DNA of 63,572 nucleotides, counting the filler, from Licmophora abbreviata (lineage: Eukaryota), in assembly GCA_900291995.1 (NCBI GenBank). It is 13 parts of 13 records of this genome, joined end to end, with 100 filler letters (N's around TTAATTAATTAA, not from the genome) between each part and the next. Parts side by side here need not be neighbours in the genome. Positions count along the whole stretch, not along the records: positions 11,237 to 21,013 come from OLMU01000921.1; positions 21,114 to 30,074 come from OLMU01000922.1; 11 more parts are not named here. One strand, given 5' to 3'. A model generated the notes under the pieces. The model was given only the letters and a program-made list of their open reading frames with translations, ran no database searches and was not told the DNA's origin. Positions 14,141-25,607 of this stretch are shown here, in pieces. The translations under genes and the position numbers were made by a program. Position 1 is the stretch's first letter, and each line of letters begins with the position of its first letter.

Positions 14141-16461
14141 CTATTCTGTAGGTCCATCGTCGTGTTGCGTTTGACCACGGCTGCTGTCAATGTATTCGAA
14201 AGGTTGCGCGCGTCGCGACGACTCGACTGATGGGCTGACGTGTCCATCATCCACAGGCTCGTTTCCGGTCTGTGTCATTTCGCGTCGAAGTGAATCCAAA
14301 CTGCCAGAAGGTCGAAGAGCACTCGCCCCGGTGGCATTCTCTTGTGGCTCTGCCTTTGAGTTTTCATTGTCCAGCATCGTCCGAGCTTTTAATGCCTCAA
14401 TGAGCTTGTTTCTACGGACGTGGGCGGAGCCTTTGGGTTTGCTGGACGGCTCGGAGGCGACCAAAGAGCTTGACGACAGTCTAGTTTCGGAGCTGTAGCG
14501 CTTGGTGTCCATTTCAACGTTACCCGAGTCGTCTCCGACGTGTGGTTCTGCCCTATCGTGAAACGACCCGACACGTTGCTTTTCAAGTGCAGAAGCATCG
14601 ACAGCAGTCATGTAACCTTCGTGAGTCAAACATAGACACCGACACGGGCCGCCACTGACAAAGGCTGAAAAGTCCGGAGCGTACGATGGGTCGGTCAACG
14701 CCGTAGACCCGAGTACTGACCATGACGAGACGTCGGAGCGAAATTGATCAGCTCCCGCAAGCACCGTCACCTTACCGCTAAGAATCACGGTGCATGTATG
14801 GGTCGTGGATCCTTTCTCATACAAGAGATCACCAGGCAGAAGCTCTCCAAGCCTCTGTTCCGCGGTCGGAAGTTCCGAGACGGGTGTCTCTGACACGAAG
14901 CGAAACAGCTGATGATCGGAGATGAGTGACACCGTCTCCTTGTAGTTCGTCCGCAAGTGCGCCACAACGGCTTTACTCTCTTCGTACGATAAAGTCTCGT
15001 CGACAATCTTGGCATCCAGCAAACGCAGTCGTCCCCAGTCAAACTTCTCCATCCGGTCCACCTTCACCGAATGAGTTTGATCTACAAAGGCGTCCGTCTC
15101 GTCTACAATTTCATCTCCAATGATTTCCTCAATGATGTCTTCAAGTGTAATGATTCCCTTGACTTCGTAAAATGGATCCCGCGTTTCGTCGTCGTTATTG
15201 ACGTCTCGGACGATGGCCATATGAGAGCGACCCTGCTTCAACTCGCGCAGTACGTCTAAAGACGAGGAAAATGTGTAACCCGATTGAGAGATTTTTCATC
15301 GACAGCATACTTACAAACACCTGCTTCAGTAGAACGTACCTCCTAATTTGTCATCAGGCCAGACGACATGTAGACCTCGTCCAAACAATTCGACAAAATT
15401 GCGAACAGGAGTCTCATCTTCTGGGTCAATGAAAATCAAGTCTTTGACAAAGAGCAGTCCGATAATGTTGTCGACCGTAATCTCGTAAACTGGAATTCGC
15501 GAGTATCCCGTCTTAAGATGGTAGCAATCGTCTCAAAGCTGAGACGGCGGTCAACGTCCAGCATAAACACGTGTTCGAGTGGCGTCATGACTTGCTTGAC
15601 TGGAATCTCTTTATATTCCAAAGCGCCCTTCATGGCACCGGCTGTCTCTTGATCGAAACGTCCCTCCTTGACGTGAATTTCCAACAGCTTTCGCATTTCT
15701 GAGCTGGAGTAGGTAGTGGCGAGTTCCTCTCCCAGTGCATAGTCCAACGCCATAGACAAGGGTTTTGCGACGACGTACAAGAGAACAATAAACACCTTGA
15801 CGAGCGGTACAGTACGACTCCCAATCTCGAGCGCATAGCGCGAACAGGCAGCCTGCGGCGTGATCTCACCAAAGACCGTAATCAAGGCAGTCGATGCGAG
15901 GAAACCGATGATACCACCGGCCTTGTCAGCCAGTAGAATTGAGAGCAACGCGTTGACGGCGACGTTGCCAATCAGGAGAGTACAGAGCAGAAGATTGCCA
16001 TTGCTCCGAACAGGATAGATCCGCTTCGCGGCCAAGGCGTTCTTTTCGTCGTCGCCCTCCATGACGATTTCGAGCCCAGTCAGGTCGAGTCCCATCAGGC
16101 CTAGGGTCAGACCACTGAACATGGCGGAGAGTGCCACGAGGAGAATAATGAGCACTATCTGCACTCCAAACGGGACAGCACTGATCCACTCATTTTCGGA
16201 CGAGGCACAGAGATCTGACTTGAATTGGGCTTCGCAGCACTCTAACGTACAAGCAGAAGTATCCTGAAGCTGACGTATTCTCACATCTCGACTTCTGACA
16301 TGATTCTGGGTGTCGCCAGGGCTGCCATGGAGCCCACCGTGCAGCGCAACCACGAACAGCACAACGGACGGTGCCAGCAAGGGCAGAAATCGTCGTCGAA
16401 AATTAATCCATGGAGTGGCAGCAACGAAATCTCTGCTAGACGGGTCGGGAGGCTCGTCCAT
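14141..16461 (-). CDS. CNNM/DUF21-CBS metal (Mg2+) transporter with cNMP-binding-like tail (frameshift near 15515)
   Basis: [41 protein letters not shown]; after the shift GYSRIPVY and [36 protein letters not shown]; intron 15256-15339. Confidence 0.93.
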
Positions 16462-16756
16462 TCGGAAGTAGATGACAAGCTTTCAGTCAAGTTTGGAACA
16501 CAGCTGCGACGCAAGAAGGCTCGAAGTAGAGCAACGGCGACGACTGTGCTTTTGACTTTTGCGGGATCGAAGAGAAAACGAGAAAAAGAGTGCTCGAGCG
16601 GAATGCGCGTTCGACGCGCGCGATTGCTTTGCGTGCTCAGCTCCGATCTGTCCTCGCACCGTCATATCGCTTCAAATCGGGTTTGGCGCCATGAATGTTA
16701 AACCTCACCCATTCATACAGGTACGCTGTCTAATTTACTGTAATCTATAGTCATAT

Positions 16757-19729
16757 CTAAGATCCTTTCCTTGATCTATTTTTCTTCTTCTTCTTCTTGT
16801 TCGTAGCAGCTTTTCGTTGCCGCGACGAAGTGAATCGGCTCTTGCTGCTGCTTGTGCTAGAAGCGCCTGCAGCTGACAGGCTCGGTTTCGCTTCGTCCTT
16901 CTGTATGGTTGCAAGCAAACTCTGCAGTTTCTGACGTGACTCACGCACACTTGCAAAAGGAAGATTGTCGTTTTCGCTGAAGTCGCCAAAAACGGAGCTA
17001 TAGTCCCAAACAGCCACCTCATGGCGCGGCAGCGTCAATGTCATTGCCAACGTATCCGTACGATTGTCAAATACCCCGTCCCATGCCGGGACTACAGTCA
17101 CTTCCCTAGATCCGTCTTGCACAACCGTCGCACTAGCTCCTTCCCACTCGTTAGGTGACACGATAACAACCGAGTCGCCTTCATTCAGCTGGCAGTCCAC
17201 GGACACAATCCTGAGTCCACGTTCTCTCAAGAGCTCGTCGTCCGACTTCACTTTCTCTCGAACAAGCCGCAGTGTAGCAAGGGTTTCTCCGACAACCTCC
17301 ATGGGAGGAGCAGCGTCGCTCCTAAGCTCTTGTGCAATGTCTCAAGACGCTCCTCAAGCGACGCCCATTGTCGCTCGTAGGCTCGCGCCAGTCCCCGCAT
17401 GGCATCGCGATATGCGACGCACTCGATCGCCAACGTCTCGGCGGTAGATTGTGTCTCTTGGGCTGCTATCACCTGATGTTCCATGGACTGCGTCAGGGCA
17501 CGAAGGTACTCGCCATCTGAATCTTCCGAGGCACTCATGAGACTCGCTGCGCGCGTTAGCACATCTTCAGGAAGTTCTGGAGAGCAGCGAGAAGCAGCCC
17601 CCAACGCATACGAGTCTCCAATTGCACCGTACTCAAGCTGAAACGTCGGCCGCCTATACTTGCCACCATTGATACTGTCTCCTTCATGCCTATCCAACAG
17701 CACTGTGGCGCATTGAAAATTGTCGTTAGCATACGATAACGCTTTGAGTCCTGGAGAATGTGTCGTTGCGACGACACGACACATGTCGCTTTCGAGCAGC
17801 TTCTCCAATATCGCTTGACCAAGGGCACCCCCAGCAGTAGGATCAGTGCCACCTCCGAGTTCATCAAGCAACACCAACGAGTGCTCTGTTGAATCTTTTG
17901 TCGCTATCGAGGCAACATGGGAAATTACGCTGGCATAAGCATTCAGACGAGCCAAAAGAGTTGACTCGCCTTCCATGACGTTCTGCTTATCGCCTACTTC
18001 AACCAGAATTGTGCCGAAGTAATCAACTCGAACAGCTGCGTCATTCTTGCTCGACAACGGCAAGGGAATACCCAGTCTCGAAAGGGCTACAGCGAGGCCA
18101 AACGATTTCAAGGCAACCGTCTTACCTCCACCATTTGCTCCGGAAATAATGAGCCCATTGGACCTGATGTCTCCCGAAACCTTTAGATCGATAGGCACGA
18201 CGGTGCTGCCTTCCCCTCGAAGTGCTAGAGCAGGATGGACAAATGCCGGTACATCGATACATCCTTCCTCTTTCACGTCTGGAAACGCTCCATGAAAACG
18301 GCAGCCAAATGCTGCCTTAGAAAACAGAATATCCAATCGCGCCATGATCTGCAGCCCTCGCTCAATCTCGGTCGAGACCTCGACGATGTTGTGAACAATG
18401 ACATTTTGAATGTCCAGCTCCGCAGACGTCAGTGCACCGCGGACACGCGAAAGCTCGTCATTTATTTTGACTATCGAAAAGGGCTCCACATAGCATCTTC
18501 CACCAGTTCTAGCTGTCCAGCGAATGAGTCCAAGCTTGGACGGGTTGCTGCTCTTGGGAATAGAAAGAAGTAGTCTACACAGTTACCGGAAGGAAGGTGT
18601 GAGCGTTTGAAAACCCCGAGCAGTCGTTTAATGTGGTCACAATGCAGGCTTACCTCCCTTCGTAGTCAATAACTTCGGTCGTGCCCTCCAATTTCCTTTG
18701 ATATTTCCTCAGCTCTTTTTCGATCTTCTCAGAAAGGCTACTTTCCATATTTCTAAGACTTGACAGCGTAGGAAATCTGGTTTCATTGAGTCGAAACGTG
18801 AAAGACTGTGGACAACAGAATCAGATAAGAACTTCTCCAGTTATTCCATCATGCACTTGAATCCACACGGGGGCGCCTCTTACATTCGTCCCTGTGGGAT
18901 CAGCGTACGTTCGCCAACGGACGATCTCCACCGCTCCGGATATTGCGTCGTGAACCGGTTTTAACCTTTCCGCCCCTATCCCACCTGCGATTTCGGAGAG
19001 CGAAGGTACCCAGAGTTGTGTCGCCGATTGTCTGGCCCATTCATGAACATTCAACAAAGTAGCCACAACTTGATCTGCTTGGAGAACATGTTCTAAGGTC
19101 CACTCGTCCAATGAAAAGTCAAGCCACTCGTCGTTGTCAGAGTCCTGAGACGTTTCTATGTCCCAAGGCGAAGAGTCCGCACCATAGAGTGGAGGATATG
19201 TCAAATTATGTAGGACTGCGTTCAGGGCAAGCGTCGCCTGCTCCACAAGTTCGTATTCCTGCCGCACCTCGACCGCTGAATGAGCAATCGGAGATAGCGC
19301 GCCCACAACAGATTCCGAACGAGACGATTTACGACGGTGATGCTTTGGATCAGTCACACGCCTCCGAATCGACGATGTTGTCGTCGAAGAGTGCTCGATC
19401 GGCAAGTCTAACGCCACGTCTTCTCCAACGAGGCCCAGCAAAGCCCGTCTCGCTCGCAGAGTTCCGGCATGAGACGCGACGCTTCGAACTGTGGGTATCA
19501 TGTCGAGCGATTGTATGATGAGCTCCGAAAGACATTGGTCGCTCCCAAAATCAGACTCGATGCCTCCACGTTTGGCTTGACGTACTACAAGACAGGTTCC
19601 ACCCGAGGTCCGTTTGTTCCATGGCATCGCGGTAAAACACTGGACGTGAACCTTGAGAACATGAGAGAAAATGACACAGTCCATGAGCCACAAAAAGAGA
19701 ATGCTTCGGATTTTTTGTGGGGAGACCAT
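16757..19729 (-). CDS. MutS2-like ATPase, probably organelle-targeted (frameshift near 17330)
   Basis: Walker A ISGANGGGKT; VGDKQ, VLLDELGGGTDP, VATTH, GDSYAL; hydrophobic N-terminus; introns 18806-18883 and 18575-18653. Confidence 0.88.
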
Positions 19730-20544
19730 GCTGGATATTATTTACGCAGGTTCAGATCTCCTTAGAGTGGGTGCTTAGAAGGACACCATGAAAACTCGCG
19801 CCGAGCCCTGATCCTTTGAAACGACGAGCCATGCACCGCCATTCTTCGCCATCGTGTCTGACGCCACACAGCTCATCATCACCATCATCAGTGACATCAC
19901 TTCGGGGTTTTGGAATGCCAAATCAGAAATCAGAAATCATTCACGATCTGTTACGAGCTCGCGATCTCTGATGATAGGGTCTGGTGTCGTCCGGTAACGT
20001 CCCCGATGATAGCGGTGGAGAATAGTACTTGGCATCAAGTCGAACAAGTCGAAGAACTCGAACTGAATCGAATGATTGATTCGATTCAATCAATCGACTT
20101 GACGCGAACCATCTCAAATCCCACTTTTCTCTCTTCAATGATGTGTCAACCTTTCATCATCCCGTACCTGGTATCACATATCCCGGCCGCCCATCACCGT
20201 TTGCCGTTAAGGCAGCATGACATGGAGCCCCAAACTGACAGGAAAGATGCAAAGTAGGTCGGAACATTCATGATATCGCCTAGTACCACGTATGGATAAC
20301 TTGCAGCAGGCGGGGACAATCCTTGAAGCTTCTCTTCAACTGTCAGATATAATGGTACAGACGATACTCAGATGATACAGTACTTCATAAAATTGATCCG
20401 TCTACAATACCACAAATTGCAGTCTACGGACTAATGCAAAACAGGATTCCCATCATCATGATTTGCGGCTCGATCGATCGGCTTCAATAGCCAAGAGAGC
20501 AATCCAATTCCCAATCCCAATAGCAAAGCAACACTCAGCGCAGC

Positions 20545-21170
20545 TTACTCCTTCGAGAGCTCACTCGATACAACACCCGACGCAATCGGGGTGACGGTGA
20601 TGGCCGTCAGACCGTTGAATGCCGCACAGTCGCTGGCTTTCAGCTCGGAAAGCAAGTCGGCCTCGAACTCGCCATGCGCCGTGCTGGATAGGCGTAGCAC
20701 CTCCTCGGCGTCCAACTTGCCGACCCGGTCCCACTTGCACAAAGTACAGTCGAAGCTAGTGATCATGTTGCGGCTCCATGTACCGATAGGAAGACGGCGG
20801 CGGCGGAGATTGTTCACAGTCGCAACACGAGAATCTTCGACTTCGACGGCGGTGGCCTCAATCTCAGAGGCGTAGACAGTGTTCCAGGCAGACATGAGAG
20901 CGTACGAGAACGCGGCGGCACACGGAACCATATCATCCTCGGAGCCACCGGAGAACTCAACCGTTGCCTCGGAAGAGAACGTCATATCGGACAACCTCTC
21001 GGCGGACTGAGTTNNNNNNNNNNNNNNNNNNNNNNNNNNNNNNNNNNNNNNNNNNNNTTAATTAATTAANNNNNNNNNNNNNNNNNNNNNNNNNNNNNNN
21101 NNNNNNNNNNNNNAGACACTGTGTTGGCGCCGGAAACGGCAAGGATTGGGAGAAATGCTCCGATCTTCAT
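20545..21170 (-). CDS. putative secreted protein with RXL motif, interrupted by assembly gap
   Basis: ATG at 21170 gives signal-like MKIGAFLPILAVSGANT up to the gap. The open frame after the gap (TQSAERLSDM...RRRRL...CTLC) ends at 20545. Linking the two halves across the gap is an inference. Confidence 0.6.
21014..21113. other. assembly spacer
   Basis: 44N-TTAATTAATTAA-44N. Confidence 0.98.
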
Positions 21171-21458
21171 GATGGCAATGTTGGAATTAATGGCGAGTTT
21201 GGACTCTGCACCTCAGATTGTGCGCAATGATAGACTTGCTTGGTTTCGAAAATTGGTTGAAAGCCGCGTAGAGGCATACCAGTTCCTCTGTTCCCTAGTC
21301 AACAGCCCCTACGATTCCACGGCAAGTGTCCATTCACAGATCGCATAAAATACTTAGACACTGGTATGATGGCCAGTAGAAACGAACGTTCTGAATCTTC
21401 AATCGAAATGAGATGACTCGGTGTATTCTACGCCATGCAGTACATCTCGAAACACTGC

Positions 21459-21631
21459 CTATGAGATGTTTTTAACTAGGCTTAGTCATGTAGTTACGAT
21501 TAAGGGGCGAGAATGCCGATGAGAATCGAGACATCCAGTCTCCTTTGCTTGGATGAGGATTGCTTAGAAGTTTGGGGGCAATATGAAGCATGACTAAAAC
21601 TATGAGATCTTTTTAGCTAGGTCCAGTCATG
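21459..21631. repeat. imperfect 32-nt direct repeat with internal inverted copy
   Basis: ctatgagatgtttttaactaggcttagtcatg (21459-21490) vs ctatgagatctttttagctaggtccagtcatg (21600-21631), 27/32 identical; catgactaa (21589-21597) is the reverse complement of ttagtcatg (21482-21490). Confidence 0.6.
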
Positions 21632-22130
21632 GTTGGGAGTGCTCACCTTTTGTATCCACCCGAAGACCTAGGTTGGATGATGTCTTCGGGACGGTATGTA
21701 CTCATTATTCGATTTGGCGCGAAAATCGTACGTGCGGTGTGGTACAAACTGAGGGATTGGATACCTTTTTTGGAGGCACCCAGCCAACTGATAGTAGTCT
21801 AGCGGTACCGGTATCAGGGGTACATTACTATGCATCCCTGTACCGGTATGGCCATATGACTCAACTCTGTCCTACTAAACAGCCAGTCTATTTCGTACTG
21901 TCGTTACAACACCCGTTGGAAAGCATAGAAGACAAATCCAAACAACCGATGGTGTACACAAAGTGGCCATACCATTGGGAGACGAACGGACGAACTGATT
22001 CCACGTAGTTCAGTATTGGCTGCATGTCTAGAGAAACACCTATCGGAATCGGCCATGGCTGGTGGGATTCGATTCAAATGTGAAAAAGGAACGACTTCTC
22101 TACTTAGACTGGGCAAAGCGGCATCCTACC

Positions 22131-23711
22131 TCAAAACTTGAAGTTCTTGTCTAGATGCTCCGCGTCGTCGTCGTCGTCTTTCTTTCGATTCTTCTTGTTT
22201 GCCTCGATCGGGGCAACAGCTTTCGATAGAACACTTTCTGCCCCCTCCGGAACTTCAGTAGCACCAGGAACTTTGTACGCAACTTCCGATGAGAACACAG
22301 ATCCAGATTGCTGCCCCGCCTTTTGTTGTTCCAGCACTGTGTACAACTGCTTCGGACCTGCATCAAACGGTGTCTCGTCTCCCGCTTGTTTGCGCAACTC
22401 AACCGCTGCAGGAGAAATGCTCGGCGGTGGAGGAAGCACAGATTCGATGCCGTCCACCGGGACCTCCACTTCTTCGTCTTCGGACTCTTCCATTTCCTCT
22501 GCACTTGATTCTTCGTCTTCCGATTCTTCTTCCGACTCTTCTGCTGCATCAAGGAGACCAATTGGCAAGGCGCCCCATGCATCTTTGTCAATCGTTTTGC
22601 CGTCGCTCGTAACGAGTCCTCTGTCGCCCGCTGCGTTCAAGTCGGCGCCCCCCGGTTTGTCGAACGGATTTCCGCCATACAGCGGCCTTCCAAACGCATC
22701 GACCGGAGGTTTGCCCCATCCACCATTATGGTATCCATATTGACATTGCTCATTTGGGAGCGGCGCATTTAAACCAGGAAGTTTGAGATTGGGATAGCTT
22801 GGCGGCGGACCGTATCTCTGCATATTGATGAGCCAAGGCGGTGGTGACGTTTCCGATGCCATTCCCAATCCTTCTCGAAGTTCCGGGCTCAGCTCTCCTC
22901 CAGGTTTGATATTTGCTTTGGTTTCGAGTTCCTTCCCTTCATAGTAGAGATCGCCGAACAAAGTCAGATTCGCTGGCTTCGTCTGGTGCTTGAAGAATGC
23001 GTCGTGGAGAGTGCGATAGTCGACATCCATCGCCCCCATCTTGGGCGCCACACGTGATCTGTTCCTCTGTTTTGCTGACATATTGCCTTCATCTTCAGCA
23101 AGCGTATCACGAACCTCCGTAATTCCTGTCTTCACGATGAAATCTGGAAGCTGGAAAGGCTGCTTCTCGAACCCTCGCTTGCCCTGCAAGTACTTGCGCT
23201 TACGTCCCCAGTGACGAGGAACTGGGACAGTCCCAGGTACGCTCTTTAGATCGATAAGGAAGACAGGATCAGCCGATGTCACATCGTGTGCATCCACAAG
23301 ATCGGCGCGCTTCACACGGCGTTTCAGCTCAGCCACCGACGGTCGAGTCATCTCTCGCAGCTTGCGCTTACTCAGTGGCATATTCTGATCGCCCCCCTCG
23401 TCGAAATCGTTTTCCATTATTTGCAACGCGTCCTTGTTACCATTCGTTTTCTCATCATCTGTTACAACAGCCGCGCGTTGTTGAAAACGACGCAGGACCG
23501 AGTCCATGTCGTCGTCGTTGTTGCTATTTTCAGGGTCCCCCGCGGCGGCCTGCACGGCCTCGGCGACATACTCAATTTCCACGTCCTCAGCATTCTTTCC
23601 ATCATCTTTAACCGCTTCGGCCGCTAAACCTTCTTGCTTTCGGCGCTCTTCCTTTTCGCGTTTCTTACGCTCCCGCTTGCGGCGGTTGCGCTCGGCCGTC
23701 GTCAATCCCAT
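22131..23711 (-). CDS. SF3B2: splicing factor 3B subunit 2 (SAP145/Cus1)
   Basis: VPVPRHW..KRKYLQGKRG, FQLPDFI.KTGI, GDLYYEGKE, PPPWLINMQRYGPPPSYPNLK, GGWGKPPVD, C-terminal FKF. Confidence 0.97.
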   Translation of the reverse strand: MGLTTAERNRRKRERKKREKEERRKQEGLAAEAVKDDGKNAEDVEIEYVAEAVQAAAGDPENSNNDDDMDSVLRRFQQRAAVVTDDEKTNGNKDALQIMENDFDEGGDQNMPLSKRKLREMTRPSVAELKRRVKRADLVDAHDVTSADPVFLIDLKSVPGTVPVPRHWGRKRKYLQGKRGFEKQPFQLPDFIVKTGITEVRDTLAEDEGNMSAKQRNRSRVAPKMGAMDVDYRTLHDAFFKHQTKPANLTLFGDLYYEGKELETKANIKPGGELSPELREGLGMASETSPPPWLINMQRYGPPPSYPNLKLPGLNAPLPNEQCQYGYHNGGWGKPPVDAFGRPLYGGNPFDKPGGADLNAAGDRGLVTSDGKTIDKDAWGALPIGLLDAAEESEEESEDEESSAEEMEESEDEEVEVPVDGIESVLPPPPSISPAAVELRKQAGDETPFDAGPKQLYTVLEQQKAGQQSGSVFSSEVAYKVPGATEVPEGAESVLSKAVAPIEANKKNRKKDDDDDAEHLDKNFKF

Positions 23712-24175
23712 GGTTTAGTTGCGAGAGTATGGATAAGCGTTTGTCGATGTAATGGCGTCGCGCGCGACGGCGATAATGGATGGCGATGCGAGGTTTGCTT
23801 CGATGGGACAGACTTACAGACACAACGAAAATTATCATAGTGGGAAGCGAACACCATATGCTCGAGAGCTATCTTTCGACCTGCCACACCCGTCTTCTAA
23901 TATCATATCGAACCGTCCAATCATGATGTGTATCTTACTTAGAAGTAGTCTTATGCGGTAGGAAGGTCCTCTCCCGCACCTAGATCAAAAGTTAATTACT
24001 CGCACATACCGTAACGTGTAGGACTGCTGGTTGTGCGGGCAAAGGCATGAAAATCTACTCTAGTGTTACTCTCCAAAGGAGGATTGGAGAACGGCACAGT
24101 AAACCGGCATTGTAGCAAAGCACAAATGGCTGCATCATTCGATACGGTGACACTTAAGTGTTGCAGTCCCTCACA

Positions 24176-25282
24176 TCATAAATCCGTCACAACAATATGC
24201 GCGATATCCCACGGCCCAGCCAAACGTAGTTTATGTCTTTGCAAGTAAAAGCAGTTCCATAGAGGCGCTAGAACGCACAAGGCAGCCAAGGTTCCGCCAA
24301 AGACAGTCCGCTCCTGTGCCGAACGCAAGAGTGTCCAAGTAACTAGCGAAAATAGTATTGTCACGAGGAGCGTCGCTGAAAAAATCAATAAATGCAGCAC
24401 AGCAGTGGATAGAAGCGGGAGCGTCAATTGCAAAGCCAAAACGGCAGAAATACATACACAGCTGTCTTCTCTCAATCGACAATAGTAGCATCGTAACTCA
24501 CCTCCATGATTATACTGCTCTTGACGGGAAAGCATGTGTCGGGCTGCTGGATAAAAACAAAAGAGGATGACTGCTAACGATACAAACAAGTAGACCGTTA
24601 TGCCATTGGACGATAGACGTGATGCAAGCAACGTTGTCGACACGAGTGCAGCATTGAGTGAAACGGTCCCTCCCCGAAACGACGACGCACTGGTATTGTG
24701 CTGCGCAGATTGAAGAGCGGCAACACTACCACTGTCACCGCAACCATTGGCATACGAGTAGTCGCAAGCCAAGAGATGAATGAGCATTCCAGTGATGGCA
24801 AGAGCGTGGACAGTATCGGACGAGTAGGATTCCGTCAGAGTGTGGAGTACAGAAGATATGAGTCGCAGCATTCCTGCCAGTAGCATTGCATCCTTGGAGC
24901 GCGTCAGAGTTGCAGTCGTGTGTCCCTGACTATAGAGCAAGACCATGAGGAGCGTCAAGGATACGGCCATCATGGAACCGACCTGCAGTAGGAGAGACGA
25001 CGAAGCGTCTTGCGAAAGCGTCTCTGCAATGGGAGTCTCTGACTGCTCTCGTTCCAGAACGAGCCGATGACCTACCAGTAGCATACAAGTTATGGAAAAC
25101 TCTTGTCCGACGACCCAGGTTTGGCGCCACAACGAAAAGAAAGAACGAGGCGGTGGTCGAGAAGAGAATCGTTCCAAGAGATCGTCGATTGTTTCCTTTT
25201 GCTTTTCTCTTTGTAACACGGAATCATCGTCATGATTCTCGTACCACAGACGACGGGGAGATCGTATGTGCGAACTACTCAT
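24176..25282 (-). CDS. PIGC: GPI-GlcNAc transferase subunit PIG-C/GPI2
   Basis: Multi-TM; LHTLTESYSSDTV, HLLACDY, VSLNAAL...LLASRL, C-terminal K..LAGPWD; probable in-frame intron 24376-24501. Confidence 0.88.
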   Translation of the reverse strand: MSSSHIRSPRRLWYENHDDDSVLQREKQKETIDDLLERFSSRPPPRSFFSLWRQTWVVGQEFSITCMLLVGHRLVLEREQSETPIAETLSQDASSSLLLQVGSMMAVSLTLLMVLLYSQGHTTATLTRSKDAMLLAGMLRLISSVLHTLTESYSSDTVHALAITGMLIHLLACDYSYANGCGDSGSVAALQSAQHNTSASSFRGGTVSLNAALVSTTLLASRLSSNGITVYLFVSLAVILFCFYPAARHMLSRQEQYNHGGELRCYYCRLREDSCVCISAVLALQLTLPLLSTAVLHLLIFSATLLVTILFSLVTWTLLRSAQERTVFGGTLAALCVLAPLWNCFYLQRHKLRLAGPWDIAHIVVTDL

Positions 25283-25607
25283 TCTGGGGAGTGTGAGGGC
25301 GCTGTGAGCACGTCAAATTGTGCCGTCTCTCGCCATTTTCATCGCTGATGTGTGCGTTGTGACAATGCTGTGTCGCACAGTTTACAGTTTCAAAGCTCGT
25401 CTTCGCAGATCTCATCACATCCGGGTCATCTTCTAGAGCTTCAGACGTACGGCGTACGGACTAGATTACATTGTTGAATGGGATCGAAAAAATAAAAAAT
25501 GCGAATGCAAAACATTTGTGACCATGGCGCATTGATGCGGAGTCTTTTACAGTCTGTGTACTAGTACAGGTAGCGGCGTTAACCGTTTTGAAAACCCCCC
25601 AACAAGC

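Noticed and set aside
15436..15520. CNNM pseudogene
   Set aside because: One added T restores [12 protein letters not shown] and all downstream CBS motifs are intact, so a sequencing error is more likely.
19730..20544. Possible gene or ncRNA in the intergenic region upstream of MutS2
   Set aside because: Only short non-ATG ORFs without motifs; no tRNA-like or stable structure recognised.
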